64,000 nt of DNA from IMG/VR virus record IMGVR_UViG_3300032092_000001; one strand, 5' to 3'. This stretch comes from a virus (lineage: Duplodnaviria; Caudoviricetes). The notes beneath the pieces were generated by a model. That model was not told the origin of the DNA and made no database searches. It saw only the letters and a list, made by a program, of their open reading frames with translations. Both the position numbers and the translations under genes were made by a program. Shown here piece after piece: positions 39,352 through 49,176 of this stretch (position 1 is its first letter; every line of letters begins with the position of its first letter).

Positions 39352-40158
39352 ATGGAAAATATTTTAGATTTAAGTGTAATCTTACCAATTAAAACTTCTT
39401 TGGTTAAGGACTTTGGAGAATTCTTCACAAAGGCAATCCAATCAATCTCTAATCAACATACTAAGGCGAAAGAACTAATTATCGTACATTCATCTGAAGA
39501 AAAATTAGTTGATTTTTTAAGCTCTTATGATTTTGGAGGATTAGAAGTTAAAAAAGTTTTGTTTGACGGGGAACCAAATTATTCAGGTCAAATTAATTTA
39601 GGTGTTAGTAGTTCATCTTGTAAATGGGTAACATTCTTTGAATTTGACGATGAGTATTCTCAAATATGGTTTAAGAATGTAAAAAAATATTCTGAAATTT
39701 ACTCTGATGTTGACGCTTTCTTACCATTAGTTGTAGATGTTGATAATAAATCTGTTTTTGCAGGGTTTACTAATGAAGCAACTTTTGCGGCTAATTTCAG
39801 TCAGGAGATTGGGTATTTAACAAACGAAACTTTGTTAGGTTACCAAAACTTCCAAAGCTCAGGTATGGTTATTAAAAAGTCATCGTTTGAAGATTTTGGA
39901 GGGTTTAAATCAAGTATGAAGTTAACTTTTGTTTATGAGTTTTTACTTAGAATGACATATAATTCAGTTAAAATTATGACAATTCCAAAGATTGGGTATA
40001 AACATGTCAATTTAAGAGAAGAATCAATTTTTTGGGACTACAAAAATGGTTCAAACAAATTGTCTGAAAACGAAGTTAAGTTTTGGGTATCTGCGGCTAA
40101 GAAAGAATATTTCTTCACTAGTGATAGAAACATAAAATTTGCTGAAGAAAATGCTTAA
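39352..40158 (+). CDS. GT2-like glycosyltransferase
   Basis: LSVILPI, TFFEFDDEY, YEFLLR. Confidence 0.75.
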   Translation: MENILDLSVILPIKTSLVKDFGEFFTKAIQSISNQHTKAKELIIVHSSEEKLVDFLSSYDFGGLEVKKVLFDGEPNYSGQINLGVSSSSCKWVTFFEFDDEYSQIWFKNVKKYSEIYSDVDAFLPLVVDVDNKSVFAGFTNEATFAANFSQEIGYLTNETLLGYQNFQSSGMVIKKSSFEDFGGFKSSMKLTFVYEFLLRMTYNSVKIMTIPKIGYKHVNLREESIFWDYKNGSNKLSENEVKFWVSAAKKEYFFTSDRNIKFAEENA

Positions 40159-40904
40159 TGATTTTAAGCTCATCAACGTCACATACTATTGTAACTCAAA
40201 AAAGAGCCAAAAAAGGTAGTGGTGAAAACTATTTTGATGTTCGGGAGGAGAATGCGGTTAGAATGTTTCTAACCGCTTCTACTTTTGATGAAAAGAATAA
40301 GATATATAACGAGTATCTAAGACACCCGTTAGATAAAATGATTTCATCAATTATTAGAAGGTATAAATTATACCGTAAAGACATGGATTTTATTGAGGTT
40401 CATACCGATACTCATTCATTTCTAATGACTAAGATTGATAAATTCAGCCCATCAAAAGAAAAAAAGGCATATTCGTATTTCGGTACAATATGTAAAAATT
40501 ATTTGATGGGACAAATACTCAAGGACCAAAAAGAACAAAACAGAAAGATATCTTATGAAGACATTTCATCGGATTTAGAAAATGACTCTAAAATGGTTTA
40601 TTATATGGATATTGAACCAACTGAAGAGGTAAATATTATTCCAATATTACAAGATAGTATTAAAGAAACCTTAGAGTCGGGGGATTTGAATGAGAATGAA
40701 ATTAAATTAGGTATCGCACTTAATGACATTTTTGAGAACTACGAGACAATATTTCCAGCCACTGATAATAATAAATTTAATAAAAATGTTATTCTATTAT
40801 CTTTAAGAGAAATGACTAACATGTCAACCAAAGAAATCAGGGCGTCTATTAAAAAGTATAAAAAATTATATATTGGTTTATTAGATAGTGAAGATAATGA
40901 ATAA
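40158..40904 (+). CDS. phage sigma factor, T4 gp55-like (late transcription)
   Basis: NYFD...KFSPSKEKKAYSYFGTICKNYL resembles sigma region 2 as in gp55 homologues. Confidence 0.65.
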   Translation: MILSSSTSHTIVTQKRAKKGSGENYFDVREENAVRMFLTASTFDEKNKIYNEYLRHPLDKMISSIIRRYKLYRKDMDFIEVHTDTHSFLMTKIDKFSPSKEKKAYSYFGTICKNYLMGQILKDQKEQNRKISYEDISSDLENDSKMVYYMDIEPTEEVNIIPILQDSIKETLESGDLNENEIKLGIALNDIFENYETIFPATDNNKFNKNVILLSLREMTNMSTKEIRASIKKYKKLYIGLLDSEDNE

Positions 40905-40922
40905 TTAAAAAAGTAGTTAAAA

Positions 40923-40929
40923 TATTTAT
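40923..40929 (+). promoter_or_regulatory. putative late promoter TATTTAT
   Basis: 4 nt before the ATG at 40934. Confidence 0.55.
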
Positions 40930-40933
40930 CATT

Positions 40934-41296
40934 ATGAGTAAACCAAGAAAAAAACAAATAAATTTTACAAAAGATTCCATTCTAACTCTTATGCAAGAAA
41001 TATATAATGAGTTAGTTGAGCAACGCTCTACCGCAATTAGAATTCAGAATAAAATGATTTCAATGATGAAGGAACCTGAGGATATGACATTAATAGGCCC
41101 TGTTATTGAAAAACAACAAAAGATAATTAATGACTGTGTTGAGAAAAAATTACAATTATCTAAATTACAGTCAGGTATATGGGAAAAACAATCTTCTAAG
41201 GAGGAAGAGTTTGATATTTCTAACATGGATGAAAATGTGTTACAAAGTCTTTTAGAAAAGGACATTGACGCATCAAACGAAAAATTTGAATTGTAA
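40934..41296 (+). CDS. hypothetical coiled-coil protein
   Basis: 120 aa, helical; first gene of the baseplate-hub operon. Confidence 0.55.
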   Translation: MSKPRKKQINFTKDSILTLMQEIYNELVEQRSTAIRIQNKMISMMKEPEDMTLIGPVIEKQQKIINDCVEKKLQLSKLQSGIWEKQSSKEEEFDISNMDENVLQSLLEKDIDASNEKFEL

Positions 41297-43215
41297 TGGG
41301 TATTGATAACGCAAGCGACTTTAATGAATCAAAATCTAAACTGAATGCCTTTAAAGAATTTAATAAGGTTAATCAGTCTATTAAAGACGCTCAGGCAAAA
41401 GTTAATCAATTCCAAAAAAAGGCATCTGATATCCAACAAAGTTTGGATTCTGCCAAAATAGATGAAGCAATTAAAAACAAACTATCATCTTCATTTGAGC
41501 AAATGATAGAGATGATTGCAATGACTAAAGGAGCCTCAATCTCAACATCTGAATTTTTAAGAGCAAAATTTTTAAAGGCAATACAGAAAATTAAACCTGT
41601 ATTAATGGATATTTTAACCCAAGAAATGATTTCGGCTCTTGGGTGTTCTAATGAATCAACTTATTCTCCTGAGGACATTTATATTAAAGTGTCGTCAATT
41701 GATTTGTTTAAGTCGTTAATTATTAATCCTGATACTTCATCGGGTAAGGCATATTACGAGTTAAAAGATGTTAATGATAATACTTTAACTCAAAAATCCA
41801 GGCCAACTAATAAAATGTTATACAAATTATTAGAAAATCCTGGAGTTACTTTATCAGTATTGTACGGTACAAATTATAAAGGTGTGTCCGCACAACCTTT
41901 ATTTGACATATCTCACGTAACTTATAATCCCCAAACAGGTCAAAGTGGTAAATATTTTAAAATAACTCTATTATCTAAAGCAGACGGGATACAAAGAGTT
42001 ACCGACTTTTTAATGGATTATTTAAATACTATTGATTTAATTGATTTGAAAGGATTTATTACAAAATTAATTGATTTGGTTTTAAATATATTCACACTTG
42101 ACGTTGGTTTTGGTTCGGCAACTATAGATGATTCATCAAAGTTCGGACTAATGGTCCAAAGAGTTTTAGGGTTATGTTTTGATTTTGACGAAGAAATTAA
42201 TGTTGGTGGTAGTGTAAAAACTCCTGAGGTTGATAATGTTACAGATACGTTTTTTGAATTTGGTGAAATTGATTTAAGAGCAATAGAACAAAAAACATCA
42301 AACATTAAATTGGGAGTTGTTGAATTTGTTGATTGTAATAATGTTAAACTTCCGATAACTAACACATCTTACGTTTTAGACACAATAAATCAAATAACCG
42401 AAGACACTGATGCAAATTCTTCAGTCGGTAGTATTATTGACTCTTTGGTTAATGACCCAAGGTGGTCTATGGATTTCCCATACCCAAATGAATTAAAACT
42501 ATCAATCAATAATGATTTGATTAAGAACTTCCCATTAGCAGTTGTTGGGTCATTATTAACTCCAAAAATCTTACTACCTTTTATCCTCATGTATAAAGCA
42601 TTAGGAAGAGTTTTTGATGATACAGCACAAGGTGTTATGGGATTTTTAAAGGAGTTTAAAAAATTCTTTATCAATGTTGCATCAAGAATCGGGGCAATAT
42701 TTGTTGAGGTTTTATTTGAGGAGATAAAAAAAGACATACTTAGGTTAACTAGAAGTATTTTACAGGACATTAAAAACGAAGCGAAATCTTCACAAGCAGC
42801 AATAGTTTTGGCATTATTAGATACTGCAATTTTGATAATAAATACAATAAATGATTTTAGAAAATGTAAAAGTTTATTAGAACTTTTATTACAATTGTTT
42901 AATCTTAAAATACCAAGAGTTGGTAGTATTGTTCCTCCATCATTATTACCATTTTCAGCCGCATTACCAGGGACATCACCAAAAAGACAATTACTTAACA
43001 CAATTGAAGGTATGCAAAAACTTGGATTACCTACAGGTCCAAATAAAGATGGGTCCCCTAATTTAGGTTTACAAGCAATGTTCTCACAATTATCAGGACA
43101 GAAAAAAGACCAAGACCAAAATGGTAAAGTTGAGGTATTCATACCGGCTTTGGCGGTTGCGGCATTTGGAGGGGGTAGTACGATACCCACAACAAGTAGT
43201 GGTAAATTTTTATAA
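41296..43215 (+). CDS. hypothetical large protein, probably baseplate/tail-associated
   Basis: 639 aa, upstream of the gp5-like gene; no catalytic motif recognised. Confidence 0.5.
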   Translation: MGIDNASDFNESKSKLNAFKEFNKVNQSIKDAQAKVNQFQKKASDIQQSLDSAKIDEAIKNKLSSSFEQMIEMIAMTKGASISTSEFLRAKFLKAIQKIKPVLMDILTQEMISALGCSNESTYSPEDIYIKVSSIDLFKSLIINPDTSSGKAYYELKDVNDNTLTQKSRPTNKMLYKLLENPGVTLSVLYGTNYKGVSAQPLFDISHVTYNPQTGQSGKYFKITLLSKADGIQRVTDFLMDYLNTIDLIDLKGFITKLIDLVLNIFTLDVGFGSATIDDSSKFGLMVQRVLGLCFDFDEEINVGGSVKTPEVDNVTDTFFEFGEIDLRAIEQKTSNIKLGVVEFVDCNNVKLPITNTSYVLDTINQITEDTDANSSVGSIIDSLVNDPRWSMDFPYPNELKLSINNDLIKNFPLAVVGSLLTPKILLPFILMYKALGRVFDDTAQGVMGFLKEFKKFFINVASRIGAIFVEVLFEEIKKDILRLTRSILQDIKNEAKSSQAAIVLALLDTAILIINTINDFRKCKSLLELLLQLFNLKIPRVGSIVPPSLLPFSAALPGTSPKRQLLNTIEGMQKLGLPTGPNKDGSPNLGLQAMFSQLSGQKKDQDQNGKVEVFIPALAVAAFGGGSTIPTTSSGKFL

Positions 43216-43217
43216 TT

Positions 43218-43415
43218 ATGAAAGAAGAAGTTTTAGAAATAGTTAAAGATTATAAAAACAAGTCAAATAAAGACTTAATTAAAGCTATGGATTTAATTAT
43301 CCAAGATTTTGAATTTTGTAAAAATAGAATAGTTGAATTAACCGTACAGTTAGACAAATTAGAAAATACATACAATACAATACTTAAAGAATATGACAGA
43401 AGGACAAATTCGTGA
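43218..43415 (+). CDS. small coiled-coil protein
   Basis: 65 aa, tiled between neighbours. Confidence 0.55.
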   Translation: MKEEVLEIVKDYKNKSNKDLIKAMDLIIQDFEFCKNRIVELTVQLDKLENTYNTILKEYDRRTNS

Positions 43416-45009
43416 TATAGTTGTTAAAACATTAAGAAGTCAATTTCCTGATATTAGAAGGGTTTTGTATGGTGGTACAGTTAAAGACGTAAAAGACCCA
43501 CTTAATTCAGGTAGGATTAGGGTGGTTCCTGACCCTCCAATTAATGTTCCACAAGTTTTACAGGCTTATGAAAATTTAAAAGATAATAAGGGTAATTCAA
43601 TATTAGATGATACATCTCAGGACGTTAATGAATCTTCTAAGTTCACAGACAACGACCCATTTGTATTTTTACCATTATTACCTTTAAATTTAAATATCAC
43701 TCCATCGGTAGGTGAATACGTTCATATTATTTATATGGATTACGATAATAATCCACAAAAAAGAAATCAGTTTTACATTCCATCATTTAAAGCGTCTCCG
43801 ATGAACTTAAACAAAGAGGTTTCATTAGTAACAAAATCTTTGTTAGGTGAGGGTATGAATTTTTCAAAACCGTTAGAGATAAAAAATAAAACAGGTGAGT
43901 TCAAATCAAATCTTTCAAAAGGAGTTTTTGCTGAGTTAGAGGATGTTGGGATTTATTCAAAAGGTAGGTCGGACATTATTTTAAAAGATAATGAAATTTT
44001 AATTAGAAGTGCTAAAACAAAAAAATTAGACCAAATACAATTACCTGAGGTAAACGATAAACGTTCTTTTTTACAATTATCAAATTTTGATTTATCAACT
44101 CAAAAACAACAACCTTTTACTAAAACTAGTATTGTTCCTGTTAAAAGTTTTGTTTCAAAATTAATTGAGTATGATATTGAAAATATTGAAACTCAATATG
44201 ACGCCTTTACCGGTAATATTAAAATATATGGTTTACCAAACATTCCAATAACAGAAGTTAGTAAATTTAATGAAAATACTGTAATTCCGGCAAGTTTTAG
44301 TACACCGATATTTAATTATAGTTTTTACGCATTACCACTTAGTTCTGTAACATCATTAATAAATGGAGTTATTAAAGGACTGGATAGTGGTAAGGTTGAT
44401 ATTAGTGGAACGACTTACGAACAACCATCTGACTCGTCTCAATTTCCGTTCTACTTTAGACCTTCAAAAAATATAGATAATTACATCAATACCCTGTCAA
44501 ATTATGATTCAGGAATTGCGGCTAATGCAAAATTAAATTTAACCACTCTTAGAACAGGTGTTATGTTTTTAGGTTCTATAGGACTAAATGGTAGTGGTTT
44601 AGTTAGTTCAAAGGGTATTATGGGTTTACCATTTAAACAAGTTAAACAAACCCTACAAACAAATTCAACTGAAGTCGGGAATAGTGGATATTCAATATTA
44701 GGTAGTGATTATGTTTATTTATTATCTCATAATACGGTTATTGACGGAAAACAAAAGGTTGATATTGGTAAAACAACTGTATACGGTATCAATGAAAAAG
44801 AATTAGCAACCTCAATAAAAGCAAATACTGAAGGATTAGTTAGAGGTAGCTCATTGAAGGAATTGTTGAATGCAATTGTTAACTTTTTAATATCTCACGG
44901 ACACCCATATCATCAGTTACCTCCCATACCTCAAGGGGTGGAAGAGATTACAAAACAAATGGCTCAATTTGATACGAAAATTATAAATCAAAATATTCGT
45001 ATAAATTGA
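43393..45009 (+). CDS. baseplate hub/spike, gp5/VgrG OB-fold N-terminus
   Basis: GTVKDVKDPLNSGRIRV...PLLP...TPSVGEYVHIIY; C-terminal GSSLKELL...HGHPY spike-like motif; no lysozyme domain seen. Confidence 0.65.
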   Translation: MTEGQIRDIVVKTLRSQFPDIRRVLYGGTVKDVKDPLNSGRIRVVPDPPINVPQVLQAYENLKDNKGNSILDDTSQDVNESSKFTDNDPFVFLPLLPLNLNITPSVGEYVHIIYMDYDNNPQKRNQFYIPSFKASPMNLNKEVSLVTKSLLGEGMNFSKPLEIKNKTGEFKSNLSKGVFAELEDVGIYSKGRSDIILKDNEILIRSAKTKKLDQIQLPEVNDKRSFLQLSNFDLSTQKQQPFTKTSIVPVKSFVSKLIEYDIENIETQYDAFTGNIKIYGLPNIPITEVSKFNENTVIPASFSTPIFNYSFYALPLSSVTSLINGVIKGLDSGKVDISGTTYEQPSDSSQFPFYFRPSKNIDNYINTLSNYDSGIAANAKLNLTTLRTGVMFLGSIGLNGSGLVSSKGIMGLPFKQVKQTLQTNSTEVGNSGYSILGSDYVYLLSHNTVIDGKQKVDIGKTTVYGINEKELATSIKANTEGLVRGSSLKELLNAIVNFLISHGHPYHQLPPIPQGVEEITKQMAQFDTKIINQNIRIN

Positions 45010-45016
45010 TATTTAT
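45010..45016 (+). promoter_or_regulatory. putative late promoter TATTTAT
   Basis: 12 nt before the ATG at 45029. Confidence 0.65.
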
Positions 45017-45028
45017 CTAAAAAAGATA

Positions 45029-46522
45029 ATGTCAATCCATCGTTCATATTTTAAAAAAAACAATACACTTTTATATAACAGTTTTACCAACACTGGTAAA
45101 TCACCGTATACTGAATTGTATTTTGGGTCAGCTAACGACCAAATATCGTCAACAGGATTTAGCCGTTTTATTTTTGACATAGATTTTTCACAACTTGTTT
45201 CTAAAATACAAAACAAAGTAATTTCTACAGGATGTACGTCATTTTCATCAATGACACACACATTACGTATGACAAATACTTCTTCCTTTGACTCAGAATT
45301 ATTAAATTCAACAACTTCTTCAGGTAGAAGGAGAGCGACTTCATTTGATTTAATTTTATTCAGAATACCATTAACAAGTGGAAACACAGGAATTGCTCAA
45401 TCATGGGATGAGGGAGTTGGTTACGATTTTTACGACGTTCAAAGAACAATATCAAAACCAAATGGTTTATTATCACCGGTATTATTACCTGAAGACAAAT
45501 CATACTCACAACGACCATCCAATTGGTTTCAAACAACAACATTATCGGCTTGGACCCAACCTGGAATATATTCAAATACAAACACAGGTAACATAAATTA
45601 TTCAGGTTTAACTATTGTTGACACTCAACATTTTGAATTTGGTAATGAGGACATTGAGTTTGATATGACAAATGAAGTTAACCAATATCTAACAGGGTCT
45701 ACAACAGGTTTCACCGGATGGGGAGTTGCCTTTGTACCTGAATTAGAGAATATTACAGGATTAACCGAAAACTATTCAGTTGGATTTTTTACAAGACATA
45801 CTCAAACATTCTATGAACCATTTTTAGAAACTTCTTATGTTGATTTAATTGAAGATGATAGAAATGCGTTTTATTCCAACAAACAAAATAAATTATACCT
45901 TTATTCTTATATTAACGGTGATTTCCAAAGTTTAGATGAAAATCCAACAGTTGCTATTAGAGACTTATCTGACGATGTTGTAACAACACTAACAGGATGT
46001 CAAATAACAAAAGGTATTTATCAAGTCACAGTTTCCGCAATAACTGCAACTACCCCTTGTATGTTTACTGACACGTGGAGTAACTTAAAGTATAACGGAG
46101 CAACATTACCAACAATTACAAATGACTTAACTATTTTACCTTTCAGTGAATATTTCACATTAGGATATGAGAGTAAGGACCCTGTATTATACGGTTTTGA
46201 TTATTATGGAATTAAACAAAATGAAAGAATTTTAAACACCGAGATAAGAAAAGTTGGGGTAATAATTAAAAGAGCTTATACTGCAAATCAGTCAATTAAA
46301 CCAGTAAATGCTCAATATAGGATATACGTTAAACAAGGACAAACAGAAGTTCAAGTTCAAGACTGGACTCAAATAAATAGAAGTTCAAATGAATATTATT
46401 TCGTGTTTGATACCACAGATAAAATACCTAACGAGTATTTTGTTGATATTAAAGTGTATTCATCAGGTGAAGTTAATACTTATAAAAGAACATTACAGTT
46501 TCAAATAGTTGATAAGATATGA
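45029..46522 (+). CDS. conserved-type virion structural protein (hypothetical)
   Basis: 497 aa, beta-rich, late motif upstream. Confidence 0.5.
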   Translation: MSIHRSYFKKNNTLLYNSFTNTGKSPYTELYFGSANDQISSTGFSRFIFDIDFSQLVSKIQNKVISTGCTSFSSMTHTLRMTNTSSFDSELLNSTTSSGRRRATSFDLILFRIPLTSGNTGIAQSWDEGVGYDFYDVQRTISKPNGLLSPVLLPEDKSYSQRPSNWFQTTTLSAWTQPGIYSNTNTGNINYSGLTIVDTQHFEFGNEDIEFDMTNEVNQYLTGSTTGFTGWGVAFVPELENITGLTENYSVGFFTRHTQTFYEPFLETSYVDLIEDDRNAFYSNKQNKLYLYSYINGDFQSLDENPTVAIRDLSDDVVTTLTGCQITKGIYQVTVSAITATTPCMFTDTWSNLKYNGATLPTITNDLTILPFSEYFTLGYESKDPVLYGFDYYGIKQNERILNTEIRKVGVIIKRAYTANQSIKPVNAQYRIYVKQGQTEVQVQDWTQINRSSNEYYFVFDTTDKIPNEYFVDIKVYSSGEVNTYKRTLQFQIVDKI

Positions 46523-47025
46523 AAAAAATAAGATTAACTGAAAGTCAATTGGTTGGTATAATTAAACAATGTATTAACGAAGGCCAAAAAGAAATTGACT
46601 CAATTTTAGATAAGATAAATAAGGTAGGTGTTGACGGATTATCTAAAAAAGAAAAAGAGTACTTAGATTACCACGCCAACACTGGAGATTACCTAGATGA
46701 CGAGGAGTTGATTACTGCAAATGACAGAGTCCCCTCAGGGGAAATATGGGAATTTGATGGATTCCAAGGAATACCTAAAATGGAGTTTCAATATGAAACA
46801 ACTGAAGAGTCAGTGGATGAGATTATCCATACAGGTTTTTTAACAGTTTCAGATGAACCTTTTTATGGTGAGATATATTGTGATTCAGAAGGTAACTACT
46901 CTGTTTGTAATTTTGAATCTGATGAAGGTGTTAATCTATTTGAGCAATATGAAGGTTTAGAAAGAGAAATTGAGAGTTTTTTATCAATAATATGTAATGA
47001 TTTAAAAGGTGATTTAATGTCGTAA
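46519..47025 (+). CDS. hypothetical acidic protein with capsid-targeting-like N-terminus
   Basis: MKKIRLTESQLVGIIKQCINE|G. Confidence 0.55.
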   Translation: MKKIRLTESQLVGIIKQCINEGQKEIDSILDKINKVGVDGLSKKEKEYLDYHANTGDYLDDEELITANDRVPSGEIWEFDGFQGIPKMEFQYETTEESVDEIIHTGFLTVSDEPFYGEIYCDSEGNYSVCNFESDEGVNLFEQYEGLEREIESFLSIICNDLKGDLMS

Positions 47026-47029
47026 AATT

Positions 47030-47545
47030 ATGGAAAAGTTAATTAAAAAAATTTTAAAAGAAGAATCTGAAAGATATATGTTCTTCAGTAATTTAGAACA
47101 AATGAGAAGACAATGTAATTTGTTACTTGATTTAGATAAAGAAATGGTTGAGAATATCTTAAAGAACGGTCATGACTGGGCTCAGGACCACATTGCCGAA
47201 GCCAAAAATAATATGGACCAAGTATTTGATTTTTTAATGAATGAAACCAAAAGACAAGAGTTTGGACCATCTGAAGATGATATGATGTACGAAACAATGG
47301 ATTTTGAAGATTTAGCAATTGCCGATGAAACTGATGGAATGGACCCAAATAAAGCATTGGCAATGTCTATGATGGAAGGTAGAAAAAAGACTGGTACAAA
47401 GTTATGTTCTCGTGGTAAGTCAGCAGCAAAATCAAAATTCAAAGTTTACCCTTCAGCTTATGCGAACGGTTACGCCGTTCAAGTATGTAAGGGTAGAATG
47501 CCAGGTCTTGACGGGAAGAAAAAATGTTCGTCACCTTATTGTTAA
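47030..47545 (+). CDS. hypothetical; basic Cys-containing C-terminal module (KVYPSAYANG)
   Basis: MEKLIKKILKE start; module recalled as DUF5872-like, needs an HMM check. Confidence 0.5.
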   Translation: MEKLIKKILKEESERYMFFSNLEQMRRQCNLLLDLDKEMVENILKNGHDWAQDHIAEAKNNMDQVFDFLMNETKRQEFGPSEDDMMYETMDFEDLAIADETDGMDPNKALAMSMMEGRKKTGTKLCSRGKSAAKSKFKVYPSAYANGYAVQVCKGRMPGLDGKKKCSSPYC

Positions 47546-47569
47546 TACCAAATATTTTTAATACATTTG
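47539..47569 (+). promoter_or_regulatory. host-sigma promoter: TTGTTA-17-TACATT, also fitting Bacteroidota TTG-N20-TAnnTTTG
   Basis: TTG at 47539, TACATTTG at 47562-47569. Confidence 0.55.
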
Positions 47570-47588
47570 TCTCATATTCATAAATGAA

Positions 47589-48014
47589 ATGGGACCAATA
47601 AAAAGAAACTACTACAAACTTCGTATATATTTACGAAATAAATTTAACGCACCTGAATACGTAATTGAGCAAAAGAAATATGAGTCTCTTTGTATTAACG
47701 TAGTTCAATCTTTAATACACGACCCATCCTCTATACTCATCTATACACCAAAGACGTTTAAATACTACATTAAAAACGAAAATTTGGGGGTATATGTTGT
47801 AATGATTGATGGAGTACTGTCAGTTACAAACCATAGATACTCCTATGAAATTAAAATCACACCAAAAAATGAAAGAAAATTGGCAAGAATTTTTGACGGT
47901 CAATTAGAAATTCGTGGTGAGAAATTTGATGCGGAAATGATTATCCAAATAAAAGAGTCATTAAGTGATATTTATAATAAAATAAATATTCACAATAAAA
48001 AAGACAATGAGTAA
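47589..48014 (+). CDS. hypothetical protein (early-type promoter)
   Basis: 141 aa. Confidence 0.55.
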   Translation: MGPIKRNYYKLRIYLRNKFNAPEYVIEQKKYESLCINVVQSLIHDPSSILIYTPKTFKYYIKNENLGVYVVMIDGVLSVTNHRYSYEIKITPKNERKLARIFDGQLEIRGEKFDAEMIIQIKESLSDIYNKINIHNKKDNE

Positions 48015-48207
48015 AGTTAGCGACGTACAATTAAAGAAATTACTTAGAAAGAATTTAAATGAAAATTTCTCACAATTCACAATGTTTGAGAGACAAGAAA
48101 TTATTCAAGACGTTCTTGATAGAGTTGGTGAATACGGAATGGATTATGTAAAAGCACTTGCTGAACTTAACATGAATTTCCCATCAACAAAATATAAAAG
48201 AGGTTAA
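48007..48207 (+). CDS. small hypothetical protein
   Basis: 66 aa; LKKLLRKNLNE motif. Confidence 0.5.
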   Translation: MSKVSDVQLKKLLRKNLNENFSQFTMFERQEIIQDVLDRVGEYGMDYVKALAELNMNFPSTKYKRG

Positions 48208-49145
48208 TCTAAATACTTTCTTATTAACTGAATTAAGACCGACTCGTTGGTCTTTTTCTTTTTATGACTAACCATTACAGGTTTATTACCCGTACCTGTC
48301 TTATTATGTTTCTTTTCGGCCCTTCTCTTTTGAGCACATGCTGATTTTTTCTGAGCGTCTGACATTTTACCCGCAACTCCCGCAGCTCTGCATTTTGGAT
48401 ACCCCTTTGAATGTGCTTCAGGTCTTCCACAAGGAGGATGTTTACCATCTTTATCTTTTCTACAAATATTAACCCACGGTCCCTTTGGTTGTTTACTACC
48501 TTTTGGTTTTTTCTTTGTCCCAAACCAAACCGCTAAATCTTCATTAATCGTATCAACTTCATGTGTTGGGATTTCATATCCGTCTTCAGGATGTTTTTCC
48601 CAAACTCCAACTGTTTTTTTAATATTATTTTTTAAAGTTTTTTGTTTTTTTGTTAAATTCACAGGATTATCTGAAAATTCGGTAAAAGGACCCAATTCAC
48701 TTTTTCTCCATTTTTTTAAACCAATTTCTAAAGGTCCATTGTACATTCCTGCGGTAATAGACGTATCAGCTTCGCTAACAAATGGTTTAGATATATTATT
48801 TTTAATACGAGTTTTATTAAAATATTGATTTAAAATATCACCGTCATCGTCATTTAATGACGGATGTTTTTCATTATATAAAGAAATCTTCTCAGCACTA
48901 ACTTCTTTTTTCCTCGCATCCACAGTTTCAATATCGCCATCTAAACTATCATAATTTAATTCCGCATCGTAATAGTTACTTAACTCATCTACAAATGGGG
49001 CTAATGTTTTGTTTTTCCAAATTTTTAAACCCGGACTTAAAGGAGCCCTATAATTACCAACATTTGATGTAACTGTCGCTTCATTTATTTCTCTTTCGTA
49101 CTTTAAATACTCTTCAAAAATTTTTAAAAGATTTTGATTATCCAT
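48204..49145 (-). CDS. hypothetical; basic Cys-rich C-terminal module (WFG...GPWVNIC...CGR...YPKCR)
   Basis: 313 aa, late motif upstream, REINE|AT site, internal duplicated motif Y(R/N)(A/G)PL(S/E)(P/I)GLK(I/K)W. Confidence 0.55.
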   Translation of the reverse strand: MDNQNLLKIFEEYLKYEREINEATVTSNVGNYRAPLSPGLKIWKNKTLAPFVDELSNYYDAELNYDSLDGDIETVDARKKEVSAEKISLYNEKHPSLNDDDGDILNQYFNKTRIKNNISKPFVSEADTSITAGMYNGPLEIGLKKWRKSELGPFTEFSDNPVNLTKKQKTLKNNIKKTVGVWEKHPEDGYEIPTHEVDTINEDLAVWFGTKKKPKGSKQPKGPWVNICRKDKDGKHPPCGRPEAHSKGYPKCRAAGVAGKMSDAQKKSACAQKRRAEKKHNKTGTGNKPVMVSHKKKKTNESVLIQLIRKYLD

Positions 49146-49162
49146 ATTCTATTAATTATACT
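49134..49162 (+). promoter_or_regulatory. sigma70-like promoter
   Basis: TTGATT (49134-49139), 17 nt, TATACT (49157-49162). Confidence 0.65.
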
Positions 49163-49166
49163 TAAC

Positions 49167-49173
49167 ATAAATA
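49167..49173 (-). promoter_or_regulatory. putative late promoter TATTTAT
   Basis: 21 nt before the ATG at 49145. Confidence 0.6.
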
Positions 49174-49176
49174 TCA

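Noticed and set aside
40934-41296. Terminase small subunit call
   Set aside because: Size and helical character fit, but there is no recognisable gp16 motif and it is not adjacent to terL; left hypothetical.
42390-43190. 266-aa minus-strand ORF (and 42018-42365)
   Set aside because: Fully antisense to the 639-aa gene in a tiled + operon; no promoter motif or recognisable domain; shadow ORF.
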